Below are positions 28,714 through 38,039 of a stretch of DNA of 64,000 nt, one piece after another (position 1 is the stretch's first letter; each line of letters opens with the position of its first letter). The notes beneath the pieces were generated by a model that saw only the letters and a list, made by a program, of their open reading frames with translations, had not been told where the DNA came from and made no database searches. A program made the position numbers and the translations under genes. Location of the stretch: positions 62,001 through 126,000 of the IMG/VR virus record IMGVR_UViG_3300033997_000478. One strand, given 5' to 3'.

Positions 28714-29856
28714 CTACGGCGAGAAGAAGGGAATGATGGTGCGCGGGGGCATCGGCTCACCACTGGTGTTGGTCACCGGCTGATTGATCGGCTGCTGGGT
28801 CGTGGCTTGACTGCCGCCCTTGACCGCAGCGTAGTCTTCCTTGGACATCCACCACTGCAACTCGTTCTGCTGATCCATGTCAATGCGCGGATAGCCGTGG
28901 TAGTTCAGTGCCACCAGTTCGGTGCGCGGGATCTTGACCATGGCCTGTTCGCGACGACCATCGGCCATGTCCGGGTTGAAGATCTCAACCACGTCATTGA
29001 ATTCCTGCATGATGATCGGATCTTGGTACATCGCACCGATGGCTTGGAACGGCACCGAGATCTGGCTGGCACGATCCTGCATGAACGGAGTATCCGAGGC
29101 GAAGTCAAACGCCTGACCCAGCGCGCTGGACATGGGCCAAGCCACACCGCACGCTGCGATCTTCTGCACGTAGGAGCGGGTGGGGTCCAAGATCAATCGG
29201 TAGATGCGCGTTTGGTAATCGATCTCACGCAGCATCTCACTGTCCGGGTACGGCAGCATCTTGCCTTGATACACCAGCGACATGTAGATGCGCCAGGCCT
29301 CAAGGAGTAAAGATATGGGGTCACCGGAAATATTGCGGAAGCTGGCGTTGAGCGTGTACTCGTGGTAGATGGTGTCAATGCCATCGACCATACCCCACGT
29401 CTCCTTGGCCAGACCTGCATCAGCGATGTAGTTCTCAGTGACCGGATCGGGCCAGCCGTTGAGGCTGATCAGATTGTTGGTCAACCACGGGATGAAAGCG
29501 CACTTCGGATCGACCAGTGGGAAACGGGTGTTGTGACCGTCAGCGACGATCTTGGCCACCTCAGGATCCAACCACTGACGCACCGCCTCATGGTAGTGCG
29601 TACGCGCTCGACCTTTACCTGCACCCAGCAGCGACATGCGGCGGTCGGCGGTGAGGTTATTGTATGACAAATTTAGGCGCGGCCGAGTGAAAAAAGTCAG
29701 GCCCTGATTGTCTTGGTTATACGGTACGGGGTTGCCCACACCGCGATGGTTAATGCCAACTGTGATGTTGGCAAAGGCTTCGCTCAGGCTACCAAGACCG
29801 CTGCCTCGCGACAGGTAGTCGATGGATTCGCCCAGCACATTGTCGTTATCACTCAT
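28714..29856 (-). CDS. Virion structural protein, tail-tube-like fold candidate (phiKZ gp88-like)
   Basis: GLTFFTRP.LNL, YQTRIYRLILD, ACGVAWP.S; synteny. Confidence 0.7.
   Translation of the reverse strand: MSDNDNVLGESIDYLSRGSGLGSLSEAFANITVGINHRGVGNPVPYNQDNQGLTFFTRPRLNLSYNNLTADRRMSLLGAGKGRARTHYHEAVRQWLDPEVAKIVADGHNTRFPLVDPKCAFIPWLTNNLISLNGWPDPVTENYIADAGLAKETWGMVDGIDTIYHEYTLNASFRNISGDPISLLLEAWRIYMSLVYQGKMLPYPDSEMLREIDYQTRIYRLILDPTRSYVQKIAACGVAWPMSSALGQAFDFASDTPFMQDRASQISVPFQAIGAMYQDPIIMQEFNDVVEIFNPDMADGRREQAMVKIPRTELVALNYHGYPRIDMDQQNELQWWMSKEDYAAVKGGSQATTQQPINQPVTNTSGEPMPPRTIIPFFSP
29663..29666 (+). promoter_or_regulatory. Possible late (nvRNAP) promoter TATG for the gp89/gp90-like operon
   Basis: AT-rich TTGTATG patch embedded in an antisense gene, as at 35153 (AATTGTATG); phiKZ late promoters are TATG. 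Confidence 0.35.
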
Positions 29857-29885
29857 GTGTGCATCTCAGCTAGGAACTACGAAAA

Positions 29886-31100
29886 ATGATTACCACCGTT
29901 GCAACCAAAGCGGGCATTGCGGGAGCCTTGACGGTTATCGCAACAGTCGCAAAGAAGCTGCTCAACATGCAGAAGAACGATTCGTTGGTGAGCTTCACCA
30001 AGGTTCTTCGCGTGGAGCCGGTCACGATGATCGACGAGCGGCTGAAGAACTACGACAACCTGCCGGACATCCTGCAGACGCTGCTGACCCTGTTCTGCGG
30101 CTACTACCTGCAAGCGGTGGCCTGCATGACCAATGTCGGCCAGATCAATGTCGTGCGCATGCTCGACACGCTGAACCCGAACCGCGACGGTGGCATGGCA
30201 GCTTCATCGTTGGTGGATGCCATCAACGGCAAGGCATCGCCCTCGATGCTGTCCATGGAATCGTTCGGCACCCATCTACCTGATCCAGTCGTGAGCATGG
30301 AATCCCCGCAAGACGTGGGCCGTGCTGTGGACTCGGCAATGTCCGGCGTTCGCGCCGCTGTGTCTGCGCATCGTCCGGCCATGGACAAGAACATGTACGG
30401 CTCGCTGTCCACCGGCGGGGTTGATCTGAGTCGCGGCATCAAGGCCGCTTCGGAAGCCGTCAACCTGGCCGTGGGCAAGCTGCTGGAAGTGCCGATCATC
30501 GGCGAGAACGGCCAGAAGGCTACCTTCCCGATCTCGGTCCGTCTGGCAACCATGACGGTCAATCCGGACGTCCTCACTCATATCCTTGGGACTTCGGGTA
30601 GCGACAATTCCTACCGCGAGCGCATCCATCGCTGGCGTGCTGGTGAGCTGTCGCTCGTGCAAGATCTGATCCTGTGCCGGGACATGATCCTGGCAGACAA
30701 GCGCCTGATGGCCAAGGACACTTCCGGCGCCATGAGCGAGATCGCTCGCCGCCGCGCAGCCAACACTGCGTCGGCCTTCACCACCGGCACCCCGTCGGTC
30801 GGTTCGGCCAGTGGTCTGGTGGTCCTGTCCAAGGACACCGCCGTCCAGCTCGAACGTTCGCGTCTGGGCCGCCTGGACGACCCGCAGTTCCGTGATGCGG
30901 TCTTCGCCGACTCGCTGAACATGATCATGGTCGTTGTCGACCAAGACCGTGATCTGGTCACCATCTACACCCGTGACATCGCACTGCCGGTCAAGCTGTC
31001 GGTGCGTGAGATCAAGTCGGGTAACTCCGGCAAGGGCGGTGGCTTTGACATCAACGAGATCATGAAAGCCTACCGCCTGGGCAACAGCGCGGTCTTCTAA
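29886..31100 (+). CDS. Inner-body/internal head protein (phiKZ gp89-like)
   Basis: SL..FT...RVEP..MID motif; internal LSME/VSME processing sites; synteny. Confidence 0.75.
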   Translation: MITTVATKAGIAGALTVIATVAKKLLNMQKNDSLVSFTKVLRVEPVTMIDERLKNYDNLPDILQTLLTLFCGYYLQAVACMTNVGQINVVRMLDTLNPNRDGGMAASSLVDAINGKASPSMLSMESFGTHLPDPVVSMESPQDVGRAVDSAMSGVRAAVSAHRPAMDKNMYGSLSTGGVDLSRGIKAASEAVNLAVGKLLEVPIIGENGQKATFPISVRLATMTVNPDVLTHILGTSGSDNSYRERIHRWRAGELSLVQDLILCRDMILADKRLMAKDTSGAMSEIARRRAANTASAFTTGTPSVGSASGLVVLSKDTAVQLERSRLGRLDDPQFRDAVFADSLNMIMVVVDQDRDLVTIYTRDIALPVKLSVREIKSGNSGKGGGFDINEIMKAYRLGNSAVF

Positions 31101-31120
31101 GCCCTGAGGTCCAAAAAGAA

Positions 31121-32026
31121 ATGAACAGCCTGAAAACCTTCTTCCAGAAGCTGCTGCCCTCGTTCGATCGCTCGCGCGTGATCGAGGACATCGACAGCAT
31201 GGCCACCAACATCGAAAGCAACCTTGCTCCGAACTACAAGGCCGCTGCCCAGCTGCTGCGTGGTAAGCAGCCGGCCTCCAAGTGGGGTCGGGTTGTGGAC
31301 GTGGCCTTCCACTACCGCAACAAGAACAACCGCGGTCAGAACTACGTCGGCTACTTCAACGAAGTGCTGCCGCGGATCGCCGAAACCCTGAAGATGCTCG
31401 AGCGTCTGGTCCCGGAGATCTTCGCTCGTGACGTCACCAAGGAATCGCTGACCTACAAGCGCGCTGCTGTGCTGCAGTTCCTGGGCCTGACCCGCTTCGT
31501 GCTGGACTACGCCGGTGTCAACCTGCGTGTGCTGCTGGCCGATGAAGCGGCCTTTGCGCTCAACGGCGCCGAGGCGGCTGAAGACGTGGCCAAGGCTGAT
31601 CGCGCCTACCTGAGCGACAACCTGGAAACCTTCATGCACGCGCTGAGCATCGTCGGTCAGCAGACCGTCGCGATCGCTGAGAACCTCGGCACGATGCAGG
31701 ACCTGCAGCTGATCGTTGACAAGATCAACGTGATCGCCCAGACCGCCGGTCCGGAAAACGTCGATCCGCTGCGCATGAACTTCCTGGGCTGGCAGGCCAC
31801 CTCCTCGCCGGTGTACATCCTGATGTCGGCTTGGGCCGGCTACCAGGACAAGAACCACAAGCGCCAGATCGAGGAGAGCAAGGCGCTCCAGCTGCGCCTG
31901 ATGGCGCTCAAGGAAGCCTACGCCCAGAAGCAGAGCCCGGCCATGCAGTCGCGCATCCAGTACACCGAAGATCGCCTGCAGCGGGTCATGGGTGAGCTGG
32001 ACGAATACCGCGCCAGCATCGCCTGA
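31121..32026 (+). CDS. Inner-body/internal head protein (phiKZ gp90-like)
   Basis: 301 aa, DPL.MNF and C-terminal coiled coil; synteny. Confidence 0.7.
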   Translation: MNSLKTFFQKLLPSFDRSRVIEDIDSMATNIESNLAPNYKAAAQLLRGKQPASKWGRVVDVAFHYRNKNNRGQNYVGYFNEVLPRIAETLKMLERLVPEIFARDVTKESLTYKRAAVLQFLGLTRFVLDYAGVNLRVLLADEAAFALNGAEAAEDVAKADRAYLSDNLETFMHALSIVGQQTVAIAENLGTMQDLQLIVDKINVIAQTAGPENVDPLRMNFLGWQATSSPVYILMSAWAGYQDKNHKRQIEESKALQLRLMALKEAYAQKQSPAMQSRIQYTEDRLQRVMGELDEYRASIA

Positions 32027-32046
32027 TCCCCACAAGGAGATAGATC

Positions 32047-32547
32047 ATGTCCTTCTACGTCTATCCCCGACATTACACCTCTCGCCGTTTCGACGGCGAT
32101 GAGGTTGTTGTGTCCAGTGGGGATGAATCGGTCGAGATGCTGTTTGCCTCGTATCTGGATCGCACCGTCAACATCGCCAGCTGGGACTTCCGTCGCGGCA
32201 TCTTGCTGCACGCCAAGCGCCTGTTCGGCGATCTGCATGAGTGGTTCCGCCTGCAGATGACCAACCCGAACGTGATCGGCTACAATCGCACGTTCATCCT
32301 CGACACGATCGAGTACCTCAACACCGGCACCCGGCAGATGTCGGTCACCACTTGGTTCGACCTGATCCAAGAAGGCGGCAAGGGCCATTCCGCCAATGCT
32401 GTCCCCACCGCCCTTCAGGGCCATAAGGGCGAAACCCTCTCCGCCAGTTCTGATGAACTGCTGCAAAAGTGGGTTTCGATGCCTAATGGTTTTGAGGATC
32501 TGCTCAACACCTTGCAACTGCTGTTCGGCCGCGCCCGAGCAGCGTAA
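32047..32547 (+). CDS. Conserved phiKZ-like hypothetical protein
   Basis: 166 aa, AAGGAG RBS. Confidence 0.75.
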   Translation: MSFYVYPRHYTSRRFDGDEVVVSSGDESVEMLFASYLDRTVNIASWDFRRGILLHAKRLFGDLHEWFRLQMTNPNVIGYNRTFILDTIEYLNTGTRQMSVTTWFDLIQEGGKGHSANAVPTALQGHKGETLSASSDELLQKWVSMPNGFEDLLNTLQLLFGRARAA

Positions 32548-32575
32548 GACCAACTAAAGTTCGGAGCCACTTTCA

Positions 32576-35098
32576 ATGAAGAACAACTCTGTTGCCCAGC
32601 GCCTGCGCGCGATCTCCCAAGGCGCCAAGCCGTCGATGGAAGACAACGGCGAAGGCCGTGTCAGCGCCACCCTGCAGTCGCCGGAAGAAACCGTCGCCAC
32701 CGGCGAAGCGCCGGGTGAGGACAAGGACCTGACCACCAAGATCGTCGAGGTCAAGGAAGGTCACGATGTCGAAGTCGCTGAAGTCGAGCGCACCGACAAC
32801 GCCCCGATGGTCGGCGCCGAAGTCGCCGACGGCGAAGCCACTCCGGTGGAAGGCGCCGACATCAACCCGAAGGAAGCCGCTCCGGTCGTCTCGACCGAAG
32901 ATGCCGGCGACGTCAGTGCCACCCTGAAGCCGGTTGACGAAACCCCGGCCGACGGCGAGCGCGCTCCGGGCGAAGACCAGGACCTGTCGACCAACATCGT
33001 CGAAGTCAAGGAAAACCAGCCGGTCGAATCGGCCGAAACCGAAGTCAGCGGTGACGTCGAAGAAGCCTCGACCGAAGTGTCGCAGGAAACCTACAACGAA
33101 GCCATCTCGATGGAAGGCTGGAAGGGCGCCCTGGGCGGCTTCCTGGCTGGCACCACCTCCGTCTGGGCTGGCGCAGCCGTCGGCGGTCTTGCCGGTCCGA
33201 TCGGTGCCACGGGCGGTGCCATCGGCGCCAACGTTGGTATCAGTGTCGCCGCCAAGGAACGCCGCGAGCGTCTGAAGGACGACATCCTGAAGATCTCCAA
33301 GGCGCTGGAAAGCCTGCGTCAGGGTGACCTCGAGCGGGCCAAGAAGGAAGGCAAGGTCGTCCCGCCCGAACAGCGCCGTCGCCTCACCCCGGCGCAGGTT
33401 GCGCTGACCGCCATCAAGGGCTTCGTGCCGTTCCACACCACCTACCAGGGCCACAAGATCGAAGAACTGCAGGATGAACTGCAGGACAAGCTGCGTGAGC
33501 TGAAGCGCGAATTCCGCAAGGCCGGCATCGACGTCTCCAACGAGTCCTACGACGCCGCCGAAGCTGCTGCCCTCTTCGCCGAAGGCGCCATGGCTGCTGC
33601 TGAAGCAGCTGCAGGTGCTGAAGCTGGTGACTCGGCTGCGGCCGAAGTCCAGGAAGGCGCTGCCGTGACCGACGTGGTCGCTGATGCGGTGCAGGAAGCT
33701 GGCGTGGCCGAAGTGGCCGGCGATGAAGCCGCCGCTGAAGTGGCTGATGCCTCGGCCGATCCGGCTGAGCCGATCAGCTCGGACGACGACTCCGACGCCT
33801 TGGACGGCCCGAACGAAGAAGACGCGGCCCTGGACGAGGAAATCGCCGGCGCCGAAGATCAGATCGAGGAAGAGGAACAGAACCTCGAAACCTTCGAAGA
33901 CGCCGAAGTCTCGGTGGAAAGCCTGATCGACACCCTGGAAGCTGCTCAGCAGACCGGTGGTCTGACTCCGTCGGGCGCGAAGATGTTCAACGTCGCGCTG
34001 AACACCGTCAGCCGTTCGCTGACCGGCGAAGGTCTCCCGGTGGGCCTGGTCCCGTCGCTGGAATCCTACGGCGGCACCGATACCCGTCGCAACGCCACCG
34101 CCATCTCGATGGAAGCGGCCGGCGACTGGTGGCAGAAGATCCTCGAAGCCATCCGTCAGACCTTCCAGGTCCTGAAGCAGTGGGCCCAGAAGTTCGTCAA
34201 GATGCTGTTCGACAAGTCCGAGCGCGTGCTGCGCCGTGCCAAGGGCGTTCGCGCCAAGGCTGGCCAGGCCAAGGGCGGTCAGATCAAGGCCGGCGGCTGG
34301 GCCAGTGCCATTGCCCACGAAGGCAAGGTGGACCTGAACGGTCTGCAGGTGCTGCCGGGTATCGTCGATGACATCGCCAAGCGCGGTGCCGACGGCGTGG
34401 CCGGTTACAACGCCTTGGCTGAGGCCATCAAGAGCCTGGCCGCCAGTGGCGATGCGGGTGAACGCGGCGATGCCATCTTCTCGATGCCGGACCTGCGCAA
34501 GGTCGTTGCCAACGCCCGCGGCCCGCTGTTCAAGGTCGAATCCTCGGCTGACACCAAGACCACGGACGGTACGGTCTACAGCACCGACGTGCTGCCGGGC
34601 AATGTGCGTTTCGAACTGGAAGTCCACGAGCTCAATCACGGCAAGCTGGCCTCCAGCGACGCCAGCTTCACGGAAGGCTTCAAGGGCGGGTTCAAGTCGA
34701 ACCAGTGGCCGAAGGTCACCAAGCACTCGGTGGAAGCCGAACGCCCGACCGAAGTTCGCGGCCTGACCTCGGCTGAAGTCAACACCGTCGCCACCCGCGT
34801 CATCACCGTGGTTGAGCAGGTGCGTCGTGTGCGTAACCAGATCGCTGAAGCCGAGAAGGCCGATGCGGCGATGCTGCAGGTCCAAGCGCCGGAAGGTGCC
34901 GAGCGCGCGCAGCGTCTGAGTCTGTGGATGTTCGTCAAGTCGGCCGAAAGCCTGCGCAAGATGATCGCCAACAACCAGGCGGTGATGCTGAAGTACGTGA
35001 TCGGTGTGGCCGAAGGCTACGTCAGCTACGCCGAAGCCTCCGTGGGCGGCGCTGCTGCTGAAGCCCCGGCTGCCAGCGAAGCTGCTGCGGCTGCGTAA
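32576..35098 (+). CDS. Internal head protein, paralog family (phiKZ gp93-97/162/163-like), multi-module precursor
   Basis: Acidic propeptides, several SME/SLE sites, mature-domain helix GDWWQKILEAIRQTFQVLKQW. Confidence 0.75.
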   Translation: MKNNSVAQRLRAISQGAKPSMEDNGEGRVSATLQSPEETVATGEAPGEDKDLTTKIVEVKEGHDVEVAEVERTDNAPMVGAEVADGEATPVEGADINPKEAAPVVSTEDAGDVSATLKPVDETPADGERAPGEDQDLSTNIVEVKENQPVESAETEVSGDVEEASTEVSQETYNEAISMEGWKGALGGFLAGTTSVWAGAAVGGLAGPIGATGGAIGANVGISVAAKERRERLKDDILKISKALESLRQGDLERAKKEGKVVPPEQRRRLTPAQVALTAIKGFVPFHTTYQGHKIEELQDELQDKLRELKREFRKAGIDVSNESYDAAEAAALFAEGAMAAAEAAAGAEAGDSAAAEVQEGAAVTDVVADAVQEAGVAEVAGDEAAAEVADASADPAEPISSDDDSDALDGPNEEDAALDEEIAGAEDQIEEEEQNLETFEDAEVSVESLIDTLEAAQQTGGLTPSGAKMFNVALNTVSRSLTGEGLPVGLVPSLESYGGTDTRRNATAISMEAAGDWWQKILEAIRQTFQVLKQWAQKFVKMLFDKSERVLRRAKGVRAKAGQAKGGQIKAGGWASAIAHEGKVDLNGLQVLPGIVDDIAKRGADGVAGYNALAEAIKSLAASGDAGERGDAIFSMPDLRKVVANARGPLFKVESSADTKTTDGTVYSTDVLPGNVRFELEVHELNHGKLASSDASFTEGFKGGFKSNQWPKVTKHSVEAERPTEVRGLTSAEVNTVATRVITVVEQVRRVRNQIAEAEKADAAMLQVQAPEGAERAQRLSLWMFVKSAESLRKMIANNQAVMLKYVIGVAEGYVSYAEASVGGAAAEAPAASEAAAAA
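32660..33013 (+). repeat. Degenerate intragenic duplication (units 32660-32758 and 32912-33013, period 252 nt)
   Basis: VSATLQSPEETVATGEAPGEDKDLTTKIVEVKE vs VSATLKPVDETPADGERAPGEDQDLSTNIVEVKE. Confidence 0.8.
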
Positions 35099-35113
35099 CT
35101 GAAGTAAGTGTGG

Positions 35114-35145
35114 AGCAGGGGCCTGAAAGGGCCCCTGCTTTATGC
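35114..35145 (+). terminator. Intrinsic terminator
   Basis: AGCAGGGGCC-TGAAAG-GGCCCCTGCT TTATGC. Confidence 0.75.
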
Positions 35146-35192
35146 TGCCAATTGTATGTACTGTCTACCCCTTTCCCTTTTAGGAGACTGCC

Positions 35193-36518
35193 GTGTCCAA
35201 GACCAATGCGCAGCGCGCATTTTTGAGGGCCTGTGAGTCACTCAAGCCTCAAACCCCAGTCGATGAGACCTCGGCGATCTTCGTGGACACCCTCAGTATG
35301 GAAATGCTGGAGGAACTGGACAACGCCGAAGTTTCGCTGGAGTCGATGCTGGAACTGATGGCCGCTATGGATCGCCCCGAAGGTGGCCGGTCTGTCACTC
35401 GTGAGCAGCTCATGGAGTTTGCTCAACGTGCTGAGGAGTGCCCGTTGTTTGAAGCACCGGTCATTCCTTCGCAGGAGTCTTTTGACAACTTCCCCGACAA
35501 CGCAGTGGCGGTATCGATGGAAGGACTGCGCGATTCGGTGAAGAAAGCCATCCGTTCGATCATCACCTACATGGTCGAAGTGTGGAAGCGCATGATGGCG
35601 TGGTTTGAAGAGATGGCTCGCTCCACTGCGCTGATCAAGATGCGCTCCACGCTGGCTCGCACCCGCATCAATGACGTGCAAGGCCGCTTCCCGCAGACCA
35701 AGACGTTGGATGTGGCTGCCTTCGTACCGCTGATCACCACCGACCGTATGCCAGTCATCGACTACCGTCGAGTGTCTGAGCACATGCTGAACATGAACCG
35801 TCAGCTTGAGCGCGTGCGACAGCAGTACCTGCCGATGGTCACTGGCGTAGCTCAGACCTTCATCACGCTCTACGATCGCGGTGCGGTGGGTAGCAGTGAA
35901 TGGCTGGCCGGTTTGAATGATGCTGCTCAACGGTACAACCCGGAAGCGGCGATCAATCTGAGTGAGGCGTTCACCAATACCGCCAACACCCTGTTCCCGA
36001 TCGGGGCCAAGATGGGTCGTCCTCTGCCGGGTCGTCGCTCGATCGTCTGCGTCAAGCCGGATGCTGAGCGTTTGAACGCTGCCACTTCCCCGGTGGAACT
36101 GGCTCGTGCGTTGCAGACCTCGCAGGTCCAGCTGGCAGAGCTGCGTGACGACACTGGTCGCGATGAAATCGAGATGGAGATGGAAGTGCTGGGTGTGACC
36201 CACCTGTACGCCATCTTGGACTCGGTGGACAACGTGATCCGGGAGATCGATCGTTCTGCCAATGACAATTCGCGCCGCACCATCCGTGCGCTGACCGTCC
36301 GCCTGGACACGATCACCCGTGGTATGGCCGACATGGACGACGGCACGGTCGAAGCCTTCCGTGCGGGCATGGCCTATGCGCGCTCTCTGGTGCGCTGGTG
36401 CCGCGAACCGTATTTCTCGCTGATCAATCACGCTGGTAATGTCTGCAACAACGTCATCCGGCTGTGCAACCTCAACACCAAGGCCTACTGGCCGGAATCT
36501 GAAGGATCCAACCCATGA
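35193..36518 (+). CDS. Internal head protein, paralog family
   Basis: LSME, VSLE, VSME sites, then GLRDSVKKAIRSIITYMVEVW helix. Confidence 0.75.
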   Translation: MSKTNAQRAFLRACESLKPQTPVDETSAIFVDTLSMEMLEELDNAEVSLESMLELMAAMDRPEGGRSVTREQLMEFAQRAEECPLFEAPVIPSQESFDNFPDNAVAVSMEGLRDSVKKAIRSIITYMVEVWKRMMAWFEEMARSTALIKMRSTLARTRINDVQGRFPQTKTLDVAAFVPLITTDRMPVIDYRRVSEHMLNMNRQLERVRQQYLPMVTGVAQTFITLYDRGAVGSSEWLAGLNDAAQRYNPEAAINLSEAFTNTANTLFPIGAKMGRPLPGRRSIVCVKPDAERLNAATSPVELARALQTSQVQLAELRDDTGRDEIEMEMEVLGVTHLYAILDSVDNVIREIDRSANDNSRRTIRALTVRLDTITRGMADMDDGTVEAFRAGMAYARSLVRWCREPYFSLINHAGNVCNNVIRLCNLNTKAYWPESEGSNP

Positions 36519-37936
36519 GTCACCTCGCCCTGATGGTGCGACGCGCCTCGACCAACGTGGCCCAACGCGTGTCGATGGAGCAGCTGCTGGAAGCAGCCGA
36601 GACCGACAACCTGAGCATGGAGCAACTGTTCGACGAACACGAACAGCTCAGCGCCCTGCATGAAGGTCTGTCGGCCACGGTCGTGTCTTTCGAGAACCTG
36701 AGCGATCCCACCGATCGCGACTACCAGAACGCACGCACCCAGATCGGCTCACAGCTGCGTCTGGTGGGCATGAGTGCTGGTGATGTGGCAGACATCGTCC
36801 CGTCGATGGAAAACCGCAGCAGTGCCTGGGAAAACTTCAAGGCGTTCCTGGAGCGCCTGTGGAAGATGATCACCGAACTGGCCAAGAAGGTCTGGACGTT
36901 CATCGCCACTGCCCTCAAGCGCTCCACCGAAGGTGAGAAGCTGGCCATGGCTCGCCTGAACTTCCTGGTCAAGCACGGCCTGAGTCTGGCCCGTGACGGT
37001 ATGACCGTCAACCCGACCATCCCGCTGACGATGGCTCACGCCTACCTGTTCTCTCCGCCGACCATGGAGATTGCACCGGGTCAGCATCAAGGTGGCGATG
37101 AGATCTCCACCACTTGGCGCCGCGGTCCGGTGCTGTCCGATCCGGAACATCTGGTGGCCAACGTGGCAGCCTTCGTCAAGGCACGCGATGCCTTCGAGGT
37201 GGGTTACGTCAACCACATCCACGCTCAAGTGGACAAGGTGATCGCCGCGCTCAAGCAAGGCACCGGCATGAGCTCCTCGGACCTGACCGGTGCGGTGGCA
37301 ATCCAGTCGGCCATTGCCGATGCGGTGCGCGAGCTTTCCCCGGACGCCATGCTGCGCGCCATGGGTGGGATGAAGAACCCGATCCCACTGGTCTTTGACC
37401 GCGCCCTGTTCGTGGAAGGCACGCCGGCCATGGCGGTGCGCTGGGATGACCCGGTTGCTGTCAACGAGTACATGAACAGCCTGGGCGTGGATGTGGTACA
37501 GGTTCCGGTCAAGCTGGATCCGGAAAACCTCGGCTCGTTCCCAGCCATGCGTTGGCGCGAACTGACCCGTACTGTGGAACGTGCGATCAACCTGATCGAT
37601 ACTGGCCATAGTGCAGATCAGCGCAAGCGTTGGAACCAGTTGCAAGATCGCATCGAAATGCTGGAGAGCCATACCAGCGCCATGCGTAACCTGACCAAGC
37701 GTCTGGACAACGTGGACCCCAACATCGCCGTCATCTTCGAGATGGCCTACCGCTTCTACCAGAACGCGCTCAAGTGGGCCACGGCTCCTTATCGCAAGAT
37801 GGGTGCGGTGAACATCATGGTGGTCAACTCGCTCATTGCCATGGTGCAGTCGCAGTTGAACAACTACCAAGATGCGCACAACTTCCAAAAGGCCGACGGT
37901 TCGGTCGGGGGAGCTGGTACGGCTGGCTGGCGTTAA
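36515..37936 (+). CDS. Internal head protein, paralog family
   Basis: VSME, LSME, PSME sites, then WENFKAFLERLWKMI helix. Confidence 0.75.
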   Translation: MSHLALMVRRASTNVAQRVSMEQLLEAAETDNLSMEQLFDEHEQLSALHEGLSATVVSFENLSDPTDRDYQNARTQIGSQLRLVGMSAGDVADIVPSMENRSSAWENFKAFLERLWKMITELAKKVWTFIATALKRSTEGEKLAMARLNFLVKHGLSLARDGMTVNPTIPLTMAHAYLFSPPTMEIAPGQHQGGDEISTTWRRGPVLSDPEHLVANVAAFVKARDAFEVGYVNHIHAQVDKVIAALKQGTGMSSSDLTGAVAIQSAIADAVRELSPDAMLRAMGGMKNPIPLVFDRALFVEGTPAMAVRWDDPVAVNEYMNSLGVDVVQVPVKLDPENLGSFPAMRWRELTRTVERAINLIDTGHSADQRKRWNQLQDRIEMLESHTSAMRNLTKRLDNVDPNIAVIFEMAYRFYQNALKWATAPYRKMGAVNIMVVNSLIAMVQSQLNNYQDAHNFQKADGSVGGAGTAGWR

Positions 37937-37945
37937 GTCGCATAA

Positions 37946-37972
37946 GCCCCGCCTTCGGGCGGGGTTTTATGC
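37946..37972. terminator. Intrinsic terminator, UUCG hairpin
   Basis: GCATAA GCCCCGCC-TTCG-GGCGGGGT TTTATGC. Confidence 0.75.
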
Positions 37973-38039
37973 TGTCTTTTCACTCATTCTATGGCATTTA
38001 CGCGCCGGTTGCCCATAAGGGCCGCCTAACACAGGAACC

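Noticed and set aside
29689-29695. T-TTT-TTC slippery heptamer in the gp88-like gene (minus strand)
   Set aside because: The -1 frame stops after 10 codons; the AT-rich patch is better explained by an opposite-strand TATG promoter and the conserved TFF motif
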